Origin: the human T2T-CHM13v2.0 reference genome, Homo sapiens
Length of the DNA stretch: 64,000 nt
Reading direction: 5' to 3' (one strand)
Assembly: GCF_009914755.1 (NCBI RefSeq)
Contig: NC_060932.1
Part shown: positions 14,074 to 28,770 of the stretch, piece by piece
Layout of the letters: each line of letters begins with the position of its first letter
Position numbering within the stretch: position 1 is the stretch's first letter
Notes under the pieces: generated by a model
What the model saw: the letters and a program-made list of their open reading frames with translations, nothing else
What the model was told of the DNA's origin: nothing
Database searches by the model: none
Program-made: the position numbers and the translations under genes

Positions 14074-14170
14074 TCTCTCTCTCTCTCCCTCTCCCTCTCT
14101 CTCTCTATCTTTGTGTCGTGTGTGTGTGTGTGTGTGTGGGTGGGTGTGTGTTTGTGAGAGAGAGAGAGGA
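14074..14170. repeat. (CT)n-(GT)n-(GA)n compound microsatellite
   Basis: Direct inspection. Confidence 0.95.
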
Positions 14171-14589
14171 AGACTCCTTTCAAGTGTGTATGATTCATAC
14201 CTTGAGGAATTGACTTTACAATGTGTTTTTTCTTTCCCCCAGTAAAGTTTCTGTTGCTTGTATTTGAGTTCAGTAACTTTTTTAGGCACCAATGTTTATC
14301 TAGCCTAATAACTAATAACTAAAACATCCCAAATGTATATTAGATGGAGAATATAACCATTTTAATTTTATCTTATCTCTCACCTCTCCTCTGGCCACTG
14401 GCCTAATTGGTACCCAATATGAGAATACAAAATTACTTTTTTTTGAATATATATATTTTTCAAACCTCTTTTCACATACAGTTCCTCTTATCTGAGATAC
14501 ACTTCCCTTTCTTTTGGTTAGGTAAAATCTCATAACTTCTTCAGAGTCGAGAACTACTTCTATAGTACTAATACCCACAGTACTAACAA

Positions 14590-14835
14590 CAATAAAAACC
14601 ACAACCAGAAAAATAGTTGTTTACAGAGCAATTACTTTGTGCCAGGAAATCCTTCATCATCAAAACAACCCTACAAGATAGGTGTTCTTAAATCCTTATC
14701 TTTTGGGTGAAGAAACTCAGTAGACCAGAGAGATTAAGTGCCTTGCCTAGGTCCCACAGGTAGTAAAAGTAAGAATCAGCTTTTGAACTCCTTATAACTG
14801 AGTACAGAGTTGATGCTTTTAATTATAGTGCTCTG
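14590..14835 (-). mobile_element. MIR SINE
   Basis: 'acaaccctacaagataggtg...gaagaaactcag...ttaagtgccttgcctaggtcccacaggtagtaa'. Confidence 0.8.
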
Positions 14836-17800
14836 ATGTATAGATATTCCCAGTGGGCCAAAAGCTCATTGTTCAAATATGACCACCGTCACTATCTCAT
14901 TAGTCTATACTTATCACACTGAATAGTAAGCTCTTTGAAAATGGAAACTATATTTTAGTGTCGTGCTTGGACATCATAGACGTTAAATAAATATTTGCTA
15001 AATCAATTGGATTGATAAACATCTTTCACAGCTTTTAGAAACTCACAAATAAGAATATTTTGGACTTCTGGTGGTGTTCAGTTCAGCAGTGTTTATAGTT
15101 TGAAAACAGATTTATATATCCAGAGATTTTCTTACAGCCTGCAAAGAGCTATGAAAGCCACAGCTTCAAAAATGAAGCTGGTTGCTAGGAAAATAATTGG
15201 TATCACTAGTACTTCTTAATAATAACTCCTGGTACCACTGTATACAATTTGTAACTGTTGTACAGTTCTTAATTATTCCTGCAATGTACACTCATTTTAT
15301 TTCACTTAGAAATAAGTCTGCAAACAATAATTGGTACAAGTAAAGAAAATATACTAAGTTTTTCTTTGGTGTTTAATGTAGCTGATATCCTTTGCTAATA
15401 AATGTTTGTTTTAGAATTCTGAGTAATTCAATATTGAAAATTCTCTTGCTTGTTGAGTAGGTTATAAAGGTCTTTATTTTTGACAATTGTAATTTTTACA
15501 CTTGTTACAAAAGATTTCAAAGTTTACAAATAATGATGCCTGATATAATATATCATGTTGTGAAATTATAGGAATATTTTTCCTCTATCCCTGTCTTTAA
15601 ATTTCCATTTAAATGGAAATAGATTTTCATTTTTATTGGTTCACAGTCAGTTTCCAGGATAAAAGCAATTTCAATTTTCTAACATTTCTGTATATTTGAT
15701 AAATAAAATCCTCTTCACAATGACTTTTCCATAGCATCGTATTAGGTAAAAAATTAAGTTAAAAAGGGAAGAGACATATACATAGAGGCATAATGGAATA
15801 AATACAAAAGTGCCATTTATCTATAAAGGAATTCAGAGTAGATCCCCTTTAAATCAAATGACATTAATAACTGTAAGATGTGATTTTACTGATGAAAACT
15901 TAAAGTATATATAAGTTCTTAAGAATACTGACGTGTAGCATAGCTCTTTGCTAGTAGTAGGTACTGGGTAAATTTTTGTTGCTCAAGAAATAAAATGGGT
16001 AAAGCCAGATGTATCTAAGAATACTGTTCACATTGCTTGGAGTCTGTACACTTTCTAGAGCAGCTCTAAGTTGAGGGCAAAAATGTTCCTGTCTTTTTCA
16101 TTTCCTTTAGTTTCCCTGCTTTTTCTGCATCACAGAGGGGGCTTAGATATGAGTGCTTAGCATTACTTTTGCCTCTGCAGTTCAAACTGATGGAATTAAG
16201 ATTCTGAAACTTATTTATAAAAGTAGTAAGTCCCCATTTTCCTATGAGAGGCTTTCCTTCTTAAACAGAAATGGTTGTTTAAAATTTTTTTTTAGTGACA
16301 TACTTGTCAAAACTTCTGACAATTTGTAGTGAGACTGGAAAAGATAGAGAATTTTCCTCTCAACAATTGTATTGTGCATTTAATTGTTGTCATTTTGTGT
16401 GCCCAGGGGAATATGCATTGTGTCTAAAAACAGAATTTAGAACTGCTTCCTGTTGCTAGTAGCCCTCAAGAAATGCTTACTGAAGTCCTGAAATCAAATC
16501 ACCAATTCCCTTCAAATTGCCTGTTTTCTTAAATTGTATTTTTGGTTAATAATACGACTTATTTCTTCATTTAGTTTTGAGTCTTCACTTTCTCTCAATT
16601 CTCATATTTAGGTGACAGTTCTTTTGGTTTTCTTTTACACCCATTCCTTCCTATTGTTGTCTCTACCATACTTAAAAACAAAATATATGCAATGCCCACT
16701 GGGGGATGAATGAAAAAATAGGAAATTCAATATTTTGAGTCTCTGCAAAATCCTTTTTATTCATTCACTCATGCAAAAATATTGGAGCAAACTGTGTGCA
16801 AGATATCACACTAGGTGCTTAAGGATGCTACAGAGATGGTCGCATCATAGTCTCTTCCCCTTATGGGTTGGTGGGTTAGACAAGGCATTCCTAATAATTA
16901 ATTTTAACAGTGTATGCTATAAACATAATGGGAAGGTTACCAACAAATTATGGTTTCAAATAGGGAAAGATTATTTTTTGGCTGGTGTCACAAGGGAAAT
17001 GGTGCCTGAACCAACATTTCAATGATAAAAAGGAGAGAAGGAAGCTCTTTTGAGAAGAGAAAAATAATGGAGAAATAGATATCCAAGGACATGTTTGCAG
17101 ACGGATGCAATCAGTGCCTATCTATGTCTGGAAGAACATTAGTTGAACAGTGGAAGGGAGCTGAAACATGAAATTTGGCTGGATGGGCGAATTCATTTAT
17201 GGGTGAATGCATTTGTCAAAGAATGAAGAACTATGCACGGCTTCCTTGTAGGGGATTAGCATAATTAAAGCAATATTACAGCAACTTGAACTCAGTGTCA
17301 GTATATAGTACTGAGGATAGGAAAACTCTGGGCATCCAAGTAGAGGACAGTTGCAATAGTCTAATTGAGGAATAAACTAGAATGAAAGTTGACATTCTTG
17401 GCTCTAAGATTACAAAAATTAAAAAGAGATACTTAAAGTAATATAAGAAAAATACTTGCATGCATTTATTTATTCCCATGTATTCCTTGAACAGTTTTTG
17501 AATATTTACCATGTGCCAGACCATATGACTACCAGAGTTTGGGAGAGAAATGACATGGTGATTTTGCCTCCAAGGAGCTCGTGGTCTAAGAAGGGAGACT
17601 GAAAAATAACCCGACAGTTACATACTTTCAGAGGATCTTTCTTTTTTTTTCCAGTAGAGACATACATTTTCTGTAACAATTCTCAATTTTTTTTCACCCT
17701 TGGGGCTGTGCTTAATAGTGTTTAGTTATCAACTGACCGGTCAGGATCAGGGTAAAGTCTGTGATGTGCTATCTATGTAAAGGAGTTGTGTCCCTTAGTC

Positions 17801-19444
17801 AATTTAACCTGTATTTTTCAGATCCTATTTACTGCCTCAGGCTTATCAGCTGCTGTTTAGCTAAAGATAAAAGAATCCAGAAAGCCAAGGATAAAAGAAA
17901 GTGAAAAAGTAAGCAGGACACCTTGCAGGCACACCTAATTGGCTAACTTCCAACATATCCTCAGGCTTCTCAAGCTTTGATGAATCTAAGATCTTGTTTT
18001 CAGGGACTGAATGTCTTTCAGATGGATGATAGATCATCTTGCCAGAATGAGAGAGAGAGAGAGAATGAATAGAATGAGCCCCCTTAGCCTGCTCCTGCCA
18101 TCATTTCACTTTATTTGAACAGCGATCAACTGATGAAGAGGGCTTAGGCTTCTAAAAAAGAAGGAAGAAATGTTTCCTTATTACTTAGTCATCTTTGGGC
18201 ATGTCAGCAACACCGAGAGCAGTTGCCAAATAAGATGATTTAGCAGGTGCAAAGGAGTTTATAACTGCAATTTCCACCCTTTCCCCCAAAAAGTAAATGA
18301 TGACTCAGACACCAGCAGTATCTCAGCATAAATGAGATTCTCTGGGTACTTCTTCCTGTTTGCTCATTGGTAGAAGATGGAGCTGAGTGTTGCATTGGCT
18401 GTGTTTATGAGATGTGCTGAAGTATGTAAAAAGGGCATAAATAAATGCCAGGCACATAGTAGGTGCTCAGTTAGCTTTTATGGAAGGTGTAGTGTGTATT
18501 CTTCATTCATATGCCTTGAAGCTTTTCAACTGCCTTCTCAACCATTGCAGATACACAAAAGAACAAAAGAGATATTGTAATGAAAAGAAAGCAAAATTGA
18601 AAAAGGCCCCAATAATTATGCGGGGTCACAGTTGTTAAGACTGCAACCTTGTAAAATAAGTCATGAAATATCTATATGTATCTATATATTACATGTGACA
18701 TACACATGTGATATAAATTTGCCTTTTTATGAAAACATTTTATGCTGAAAAAATATTGAATCACTTTTCCCCAAATTCAAGTGCATTCCTAACATAGTAG
18801 TCACTGGGTAAGATCAATCTCATAAATGAATTCATTTCCTTTTTCTTTCTTTTTGCTATTGGACCAAATATTAGATAAATTCAATAGGTCAATTTTGGAC
18901 TTTTTTTTACATGTTAACTCAAGTGATACATCTTACTAATTTTTTTCTTTATAAAAAACAGATTAGTGTTTTGAAAATTTAATGCCTTCTCTAATTATTA
19001 ATATTTGACTTTTGGTTTCAATTCTTTAGACATACTTTTTTGCCCAGATATTTTTTTAGCCTGATCTTTAAAGTTAAAGCAATTGTAAATTAATTTAAGT
19101 GAGAATATAAAATCACAAGACTTAAAAAGGACCTTCAGAAGTTGTTTAATCCCAATTCTATTTATCCAAAAGGATCACAGAATTGGATATGCAGGTTATA
19201 TAGCTCTTCAGCAGTGTGTAGGATATTCTGACTTTCTAATTATAATTGAAACCACTGTCAGTATTCCTGTTTCAAAACAAAACAACAAAAAAGGACACAA
19301 TGATATCTGCTTATAAGGGGTTTCTTCTTATTTTGCTGCAGAACTCCTATGGCCAGAACATTTAATTTATACAGATATTACAGCAAACCTATGAGCCTTC
19401 AATTAGATTCAGCATTTGTATTCCCCTTAAGTTTTAGTAGGGAG

Positions 19445-19600
19445 GAGATTTTGTGAGAAATACATTAAAAATGCAGATTCCACTACTGTCCACAGAGATT
19501 TTGATTTTGTAGGTTTGGTGAGGAGTTCTGGAGTCTTCAATTTTAGACAACCCTCTCTGGTGCTTCTGAGAAGACTCCTAACACCCGCTGAGAAACAGGG
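19445..19600 (-). mobile_element. MER5A-type MITE
   Basis: 'aaaaatgcagattccac...cagagattttgattttgtaggtttggtgagg...tgagaaac'. Confidence 0.6.
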
Positions 19601-20254
19601 TTTCAAACCTGCTCTTAAGGCAAATCTCACTCAACAGTCATCTTTCCAATGTGCCCTCCTACCTCTCATATTATTAATTTATCTCTGTACAAACATAAAC
19701 CTCATCAAACTGCATTCTTGTTCAAAAATAAAGGGATACATTTTTGTGGTTTTCGTATTATGTAGCTCCTTCTGAATTTAGAAACTGAATCACTTTGTTT
19801 AAAATTTGCATATGGGTGAAGGAATTTCTCATGGAAAATTCAACATTTAGATAAAATAATAAATAATCACCTACTATTCACACTTGACCACCATATTTTA
19901 GAAATGGAAGAAGAATCTACAGTTTCTTTAGAAAAGGAGAGTTTTTGGAATAATCTAAAATTTGTGCTGAACTATTTTTAGGTTATTCAAAATATTTAAA
20001 ACTGATTAAAATCAGCAATATGTCTTTATTGTTTTTGACCTTTCAAAAATCAAATTAGCCTTATTTGAATGAAAATCAATGGGAAGTTGAAATATATGAA
20101 GTAAAAGTTGGAAAGATATTTCTTTTTGCCAAAGAACATATAGGGGTGTGTGTAGTTGAAACAAGCCACCACCTGCTATTTGAGAGAATTATAACTGAGC
20201 CTTGTCAAACTTCCTGAAAGAAGTATCTCCTGAGTTTTAGAATGTGCTGGACTG

Positions 20255-20458
20255 GAACTATCCAATGAATGTTGTGCAATGGTAAAACTATTCTCTATCT
20301 ACGCTGTCCAATATGGGGGGCACTAACCACATATAGCTATGTGGCACTTGAAATATGGCTAGTAAAATAGAAGCACTGACTTTTTAGTTTTATTAAATTT
20401 TAATGATTTAAATATGCCCATGTGGCTAGCAGCTTTAGTATTGAATAGCACAGGTCTA
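20255..20458 (+). mobile_element. MER3-like hAT-Charlie element
   Basis: 'gctgtccaatatggg...ggcacttgaaatatggctagt...catgtggctagcagct...ttgaatagcacag', with internal inverted similarity. Confidence 0.75.
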
Positions 20459-21425
20459 GACAATATATTCAGACTTCATTCATAGCCATCTACATAAAAC
20501 TTACCTATATTAAGCCCATATAAAATTCAAAGTCCTTAAAAATATTCCTGTTTCTTTAAACCATATAACTCAAATTATTTCAGACAATTGGTAGTGGTGA
20601 AAAAAAATACCGTAATTGGAATCAGTCTCTACTGGCATTTAGCAGACTTGTCTTTGGGAGAGGCACTTAACCTTTAGGCCTTTATTTTCCTTAGTGGAAT
20701 AAAGAGGGTCCCCCAAGGTTTCCTCTAACTCCAACACTTTATGATTTACATTAAGAGTGTTTCTAGGTACTAAAAGTGAAGAACACACTTAGTGAGAAAT
20801 CAAGAACACATTCATTGTTTGAGTGGTGGGGGTTTGTTCCTTTTTCTCTGTACAGATTTTCTTTTCACGGACTTTTCCACTTTCATAATTTCAGTTATTA
20901 TCTCCATGCAGACACACCCCAGATCTAAATCTCTGCATGTAACCTCTTAAACATACTCTTGTCTTACAGTTACAGTCATCTAAGTTTCTTTTCAGATATT
21001 CTACTCTTTAGCTCAATGTAAGCATATCTGTTAGCCTCAATTGTTTCCATCTGCTGAGATGGGGCAGGTGGGGAGCCACAGGTTTATCAGGAAGAATGAG
21101 TTCAGTAAATGCCTAGTAGACAGTTTTCAAGCAGAAAAACTGAGAAGGCAGATAAACATGAGACACAGTCAGAGAGGTAGGGGTTAGAGACATACATTAG
21201 AATTTCATCAATATACAGAAGGTGTACGTGGGTCTAGAGTGAGTGTAGACAGAAAAGTAGCTTGAAGCAGGAGCCCAGAGGCATTCCAGCATTCAGGTGT
21301 GAGCAACTGGAGAAAGTTCCATAGAGTATACTTGGAATGAGCAACCTCTGATCTGAGGAAAATCAGGAGGTATGTTTTTCAGAGGTCAAGTTAAAACAGC
21401 TGTCCGTTGTTATCAATTCTCTAGT

Positions 21426-21628
21426 TTAATGGTTCTCAAACTTGAGTGTATATCACAATCACCTGGAGGGCTTGTTAAACCACAAATTGCTGGGAGCCCA
21501 CCTACAGAGTTTCTGACTCAGTAGCTCTAGAGTTTGACCCAAGAAATTGCACTTTGATCAGGCTCCAAGTTTGTTCATGCTGGTGCTCATGCTGCTTGTT
21601 CAGAGGCTAAAATATGAGAACCACTGTT
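21426..21628 (+). mobile_element. MER5A hAT-Charlie MITE
   Basis: 'tggttctcaaacttgagtgtatatcacaatcacctggagggcttgttaaa...tgagaaccactg', with terminal inverted repeats. Confidence 0.85.
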
Positions 21629-22299
21629 ATCAATCAAAGGTTATCTAACTGTGGTCCACAGAATATTTGTGAGCACCTAATCCATTCTTTAATTTTTATC
21701 TATTCAGTAATTTATTGACATGTTATAAAGTTATAGGCATTGTGCTAGGCATGAGGGATGCAGTATCTAGTAGAAGATTTGCATGTAAACATATTATTTA
21801 TAGTCCAAAGTGTAAGTACAATAGCAGAGGCATGGACAAGGCAAAGCGGCAACATGGGGATGTAAAAGAGGTAAGAGGGGTTTTGAATGGGGACTTTTGA
21901 AAAACAGGTGGTGTTTAACTTAGTTATGAGTCAGGATTCTTTAGCTGGTCAAAAGGGGGAAATGCGTTCCAGGGATGAATATGTGCAAAGACATGGAGGG
22001 GTGAACACACTAAGCATATTCATGAGATTCAGGGCATTGCAAGGAATTTGACTTATTGGATTATAGAGTTTAAAAAGTAGGGGAAGGAGATGAGGCTAGA
22101 CTTAGACATGTGTCATTTGCCTTATTGTTTAGCTTTTTCTTAATAGCTCATTGAGTTTAACTTGTTTACAGGTATGAACAATAATATTTATTTGAAAAGC
22201 AATATAGATTAAATCATTAGGCCTGTCCTAATCAGAAATTTTAATGACTAATGTATTAAAATCATTTCCCTTAGAAGTGATATAAAAGATAATATGAAA

Positions 22300-22566
22300 A
22301 TATATTGTATAATTATATTTATATGAAACATCAAGAAAAGCTAAATCTGTAGAGACAGAAAGCAGATTAGTGGTTGCCAAGGGCAGAGACGAAGGGGAAT
22401 AGGAGTGACTGCTTAATGGACCTGAGATCTTTATGAGGGGCAGTGAAGATGTTTTGAAACCAGACAGAGGTGATGTTTGCACACCATTGTAAATGAACTA
22501 AATGCCTCCCAACTGTGCATTTTAAACTGGTTAATTTTGTGTTATGTGAATTTCTTCTCAATTAAA
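22300..22566 (+). mobile_element. Old L1M 3' end fragment
   Basis: 'aaatctgtagagacagaaagcagattagtggttgccaaggg...ttaattttgtgttatgtgaatttcttctcaattaaaa'. Confidence 0.8.
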
Positions 22567-23390
22567 ATATATTAGAATGATTCAAGTTATAATTAAAATG
22601 CTCAAAAATTATGTGTCCTGTTAAGAATGCAGATTAGGGCTATTCTAATTTTCATGTATGTCTAGAAAGAAATATCAGGCAATTTAATCTCACAATATAA
22701 AGGTTGTTTGTTATTAACCTGGTTGAACACTACAATAGGAATTTTTAATAAATAAAACACAACTGACACTAAATTCAAGAAGCTTAGTATTTTAATGAAG
22801 ATAAGCTGTTTTTGATGACATTTACTGACTGAAAGGTTATGTATTTTCATCTTGAGCATTCATATCTTAAAATGGCATTGCATTGTTGAATGTAACACTT
22901 TTCATGTGACTCACAACCAAAATAAAACGAGTCTAATATTGCAAATGTATAAATTGATTAGGGTCAGATTATCTCAGTACTTAAACTACTTCTAAGAGGA
23001 AAGCATTCATTTTTTATTTAAATATTATTATATAAAAATTACAGTAAATTTTAAAATTATGGAAAAGCATACTCATAAATTTATCCAATATGAACACAGC
23101 TATTGTTATTTTGTATATTCCCTTCCTTACAGTTTCTTTTTAAATAGCTAGCCTTCTTTTAAAAAGAATCTTATTTTTGGTTCTCTGAGGCAGAAAATTG
23201 AGTTTATCATATTCTTTCTCATAGCAGAACATATCAATGTTCTATTCAAGGCCTTTTTTTCTCCTTCATTTCAACCCCACTCTAATTTCACGCCCCCCCA
23301 CCCCCCTAACTAGCCACTCTTTTTTTTTGATATTCATCGAGATGCATACATATACACATTCTGGAAAGATATACAGTGTTGTTTCGTTAA

Positions 23391-23789
<399 letters not shown>

Positions 23790-24258
23790 TAGCTATCCTT
23801 TCTGTTCTTCGATGGCCATTTTGTGTGTTTAATTTCGACTGTTACATTTTTCATGCTGGTTATCTCCAGATACTACCTCCTTATGTCTATTCCTGCTTCA
23901 TGTTTGGAAGCAGGACTCTCCCTTGTTTCTTTGAGAATATTTATTTTAAATTTTTTACTTAAAATTCTTATTTAATTCAGTCCATTAATTTAGCTTCCTC
24001 CATTGCAGAGTATTGAGTTTGTTGTCTTCCTCCTATAGGGCTTCTGCTTCTGCTGAATTTAGGGAGTAGATTTAGGGATGGCACCTTAGGGTGGTGAGCC
24101 TCTGATGTTACCACTTGGGCTAGACTACTGCCTCTTCCCATCCTTTCCTCTCTCACTTTTAATGCCCTTGGTGCTATTTCTCATTAATCCACTCCATATC
24201 TTTCCCAGGGAATGGTTTTATTCTAAGAGCTGCTTTCTTTGGATTAAATCACCTGGAC

Positions 24259-24433
24259 CAGTGGTTCTATAATGTTTGCACACATTAAAATCATCAGACA
24301 TGCTTTTTAAAGCACATAAGTTTGGGCCCCAGAGTTTCAATAAGTCTGGGGAGGAGAAAAGTATTTGAATGTCTAACAATGTATGAGATGATGCTGATAC
24401 TGCTAATCAGGAACCACACTTTGAGAGCTACTG
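24259..24433 (+). mobile_element. MER5A-type MITE
   Basis: 'cagtggttct...gatgatgctgatactgct...gaaccacactttgagagctactg'. Confidence 0.7.
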
Positions 24434-25734
24434 ACTTAGACAATGGGATTAAAGAGAGGGAAGAAAACAAATAATTAGGTGTTGGCCCACCTACCTGGCA
24501 CGTACTCTTTCTTGCTTCCTTTTTTACTGGTTCCGTGATCTATCTCAACTTGGATGTTGCCCTGAGGTCTCTGGTTAGCTCTGGTTAGTCCTCCTGCTGT
24601 TATACTGCTAGGAGCTGGCAATTGGTTGGGCTGTGATGCAGGACCACATGAGCTAGGATAAAAGGTATAAGAAGGACATTTTAGTCTATTCATGTTTTTG
24701 TACCCCCTTCTACTCCTACAGAACTTTTCCCTTTCCCTCACTGTCCTGCCTGACTTGGGCCTAACCAACTTCTGTTTCCTCAGAGCTTGTTATAGTTTTA
24801 TGACCTGAAATTAATCAGTCTTCCTCTAATTTGTGCAGATCATTTGTCCAGCACAAGGCAGATCCAACATCTTTTGGTAATTTGATATCTTGTCAGGCAT
24901 CCTACAATTTCTACATAATTTTTAAAAATATTGCACACTTAGAGTTTTGCAATTTGTTTTTTTGTCTACCTAGCACCTGTCATTGTACCTTATGGTTTAT
25001 AATTAGGATGCATAATGAGCATAATGATAGAAGAATATAATAATAATACATTACTTGGGTAAACTATAATTCATCTAGTTATCCCCTACTGTTGGACACT
25101 TGAGATTCTTTCCGTTGTCTCAACATTATTAATAGCATTAAGTGGATAAATTTTTTTAAGTACAAATGTACATTACTGTGCACTTTCCTTGTTTTGTTGT
25201 TTCTCAGTATTCTGAAAGAGTTAGGGCAGCTTCTGAAAGTGCTGTAAGTTATGGGAGAATCTGGTTCTTTGTGTCTGATTCATTTTCTATGTGGGTGGTG
25301 TACTGCCTTAACCTTGTCACTGACAGAAAAGTTCAGATTTCATTCTCATACTGTAAAGAGAAAAGAAGTTTGTCCTTGAAGTTCTCTCTGACTGAAGTAT
25401 TTGCCTTTAGACAATGATTGTCTACACTCTTCCATCAACACTCTGGTACTTGTTCGTGTCAGTTCTCCTTTGAATTGAAATTGTAATTTCCTTTGTTCAT
25501 CTGGGCTATTTTTAAACTATGGCAGATCTTATCTGAAAGGCAAAAGTTATGCTCCAGATTAATCCTGTCCAGATTTGATAGTGATCATTATACTGTTCAG
25601 TGCAACTGAAGCAATAAAATGAAGAAAGAACACTTCTTTTCTAACTTATTTGGCCAAAATGAATGTTCAGATAACATAATTTTAGTTTTTATATAGACCC
25701 ATAGTATTTTGGAAAGCAGCATCTGAAAATAGTT

Positions 25735-26330
25735 AATGAATCATCATGGGAGCTTGAGAATTGTTGATTTAAAAAAGGATGTGAGCAGTCCTTAAGTCAA
25801 TCTCCTACCCCAAAGCAAAACTTATCTATAGTGTGCTAATGGTCTATCAGTTTTGATCAGAGCCCTTTCATGGCTGGAAGATCCCCACCTTGTTAGACAG
25901 CCCATTATTTTTGGACAGCTGAAATTAAAAGTTCTCTATTTTTTTAAAATTAATGCCTGTCCTTTTAAAATCTACTTAAAGATACACTGGCTTCCTTTTG
26001 AAGTGATACAGAAAAAAGTATATTTCTCCTCATCATAGTCTTTCGAATACTTGAAGACGTCTATTTGGTCTTCTTTTAGTGTTTTCTCTCCTCTTTGAGA
26101 TAAACATCTTTAGGCCATCCAGGAATTTTTTTTTTCTGTTTCCTTTTTTCTTTTGTTTTTAAAAAAACATTATGATGCTTATACCCCTAATCATCTCAAA
26201 TGCTTTCCTGGATATTTTCCAATTTGTCCATATTCTTAAAATAATGGTGCTAGGGAGAACATAGTGGCTGCAAGACACAGTGGAACCACTTTCTGTTCCT
26301 GTGGCCTTGACTTGAGATATGTTGCTTTAC
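25735..26330 (-). mobile_element. L3/CR1 ancient LINE fragment
   Basis: 'ttggacagctg...aaagttctc...tttcgaatacttgaagacgtctat...ttttctctcc' resembles antisense L3 3' sequence. Confidence 0.5.
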
Positions 26331-27312
26331 AAGTATCTTAGAGGCATTGTCCAAAATTATTATCATGTGGTATTTCTCTGTGATATATCTAGAGGTACAT
26401 ATTATTTCTGGTGGTCTTATGTCAGAACACAGTTGCTGAGAGATGGCACATTTATTGTGACATAACATTTAAATTGATCATAACTGTTTTATGAGGGCAT
26501 ATTCATAAAGCCATAGTGATTTCGATAGGAATACAGTTTATAATGATAGATGAAAAGATAATCATTTATACCTGAGAGCTAATCTTTAATTGTAGCTTCA
26601 ATTTAATGGCCAATAATGGGAGAAAAATCAAATAGAAAAATTAATTTTTAAATATGCTACAACTAGAAAAATAGCCAGTGTTGTCTTTCTAAAATATTTG
26701 TAAAGAATCTGACTTACTCTGACAGAATCTTACACATCATACCCTCCTAAACCATACAGGTGACTGACCTCCTAATTCGTCCCACCTACCTGGGAATCAC
26801 TTGTAATTTGAAGTATTAGTTGAGAGGTGATTCTACTTTTTTTTAAATTTATTTATTTCTTTTTTTCCTAGTTCCTACGCTACACAGATAATCATTTTGA
26901 TAATTTTAAACATCTTGATTAGATTCAGTCTATTTAAAAGAAAATAAAAGTAGTTAATGACATTTATTATTCAAATTAGTCACAAGAGTCAATCTACTAT
27001 CCTTTGAAGATATAAAAATAAAAATTATGGTATACTAAGTGGCTAGTATTTTCAATATAAATAATTATATCTTAAGATTTTTTAATTGTTAAATTTACAT
27101 ACAAAACTATATAACTACCTTTTTGTGGTTTTGCTAAGCATAAACAATGCATTGCTCAGTTTTTCCTATTTTGGACCTTGGTATAAATACCATGATGTTT
27201 TATATATTTTTCTATTTTCTAGCTGCTTTTGTTCAATAGTATGTTCATGTGATAGAGCCACATGGATGTGCATGGTGTAGTTCATTTATTTTTATTTTTA
27301 TTTCTATTCTTT

Positions 27313-27609
27313 TTTTCTTTTTGACGGAGTCTCACTCTGTCACCCAGGCTGGAGGGCAGTGGTGTGATCTTGGCTCACGGCAAGCTCCGCCTCCCGGGTT
27401 CACGCCATTCTCCCGTGTTCACGCCATTCTCCCGCCTCAGCCTCCCGAGTAGCTGGGACTACAGGCGTCCGCCATCACACCCAGCTAATTTTTCGTATTT
27501 TTAGTAGAGACGTGTTAGCCAGGATGGTCTCTATCTCTTGACCTCGTGATCCGTCCGCCTCGGCCTCCCAAAGTGCTGGGATTACAGGCGTGAGCCACCG
27601 CGCCTGGCC
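27313..27609 (-). mobile_element. AluY SINE with TSD
   Basis: AluY diagnostics 'gcaagctccgcctcccgggttcacgccattctc' and 'gtgttagccaggatggtct'; TSD ttttatttctattcttt at ~27296 and ~27610. Confidence 0.97.
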
Positions 27610-28087
27610 TTTTATTTCTATTCTTTTAGTAGTCTAGAAGAGGACTGCCATTTATTTTTAATGCTGTGTCGGTATGTTACAATTTATTTATTCAACTTGC
27701 TGTTGATGTATAATTAGCTTATTCATAATTTTTGCTTTTTTATTTGTTTTTTAATCTATTATAGGTAATGCTGCTAGAAATATTCTTCACGTGTCAAATG
27801 GTGCACCGATGCAAGAGATTTCTACCACGTAAACCCAAAACTGAAGTTGCTGTATTGTAAGGTATGTGAATGTTTTACATTAGTAGATTTGCCTAAACCA
27901 TTTTAAAGTAATTATATCAGGAATATGTGAAAGATCTTCTTACTCTTTGCAAATACTAGGTTTCATCAGGCTTTAGGTATTTTTGCCAACTGAAGGATGT
28001 CCCGTACTTCATTCTGATTTTAATTTGTAAATCTCTGATTACTGAGATTCAGCATATTTTCAAATGTTTATTGGTCATTTGATTGTC

Positions 28088-28770
28088 CTTTTTTTTTTCT
28101 TTCCAACTTTTAGTTTAGGTTCAGGGTCCATGTGCAGGTTTGCTATATGGGTCAATTTTGTGTCATGGGGGTTTAGTGTTCAGATTATTTCACCACCCAG
28201 CTAATAAGCATAGTACCCAATAGGTAGTTTTTCGATCCTCACACTCCTCCCCCCTTCTCAAGTAGGCTGTGGTGTCTGTTGTCCCCTTCTTTGTGTCCAC
28301 GTGTACTCAATATTTAGCTCCCACATATAAGTGAGAATGTGTAGTGTTTGGTTGTCTGTTCCTGCATTGATTTGCTTAGGATAATGGCCTCTAGCTCCAT
28401 CCATTTTGCTGAAAAGGATATAATCTCATTCTTTTTTATGGCTGCATTTATTCCATGGAGTATATGTACCAGATATATACATTTTATGTATTTTATTCAG
28501 TCTACCATTGATGGGAATTTATGTTGATTCCATGTCTTTGCTGTGGTGAATAGTGCTGTGAGAAACATATACATGCATGTGTCTTTATGATGGACCATTT
28601 TATATTTCTTGGGGTATATACCCAGTAATGGGATTGCTGGGTCAAATGGTAGTTTGTGTTCTTTGAGAAATCTCCAAACTGCTTTTCACAGTGGCTGAAC
28701 TAATTTAAATTCCCACCAGCAGTGTATAAACATTCCCTTTTCTTTGCAACCTCACCAGCATGTTATTTTT
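28088..28770 (-). mobile_element. 5'-truncated old primate L1 3' end
   Basis: Antisense L1 3'UTR/ORF2 end 'tttagctcccacatataagtgagaatgtg...cccagtaatgggattgctgggtcaaatggtag'. Confidence 0.9.
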
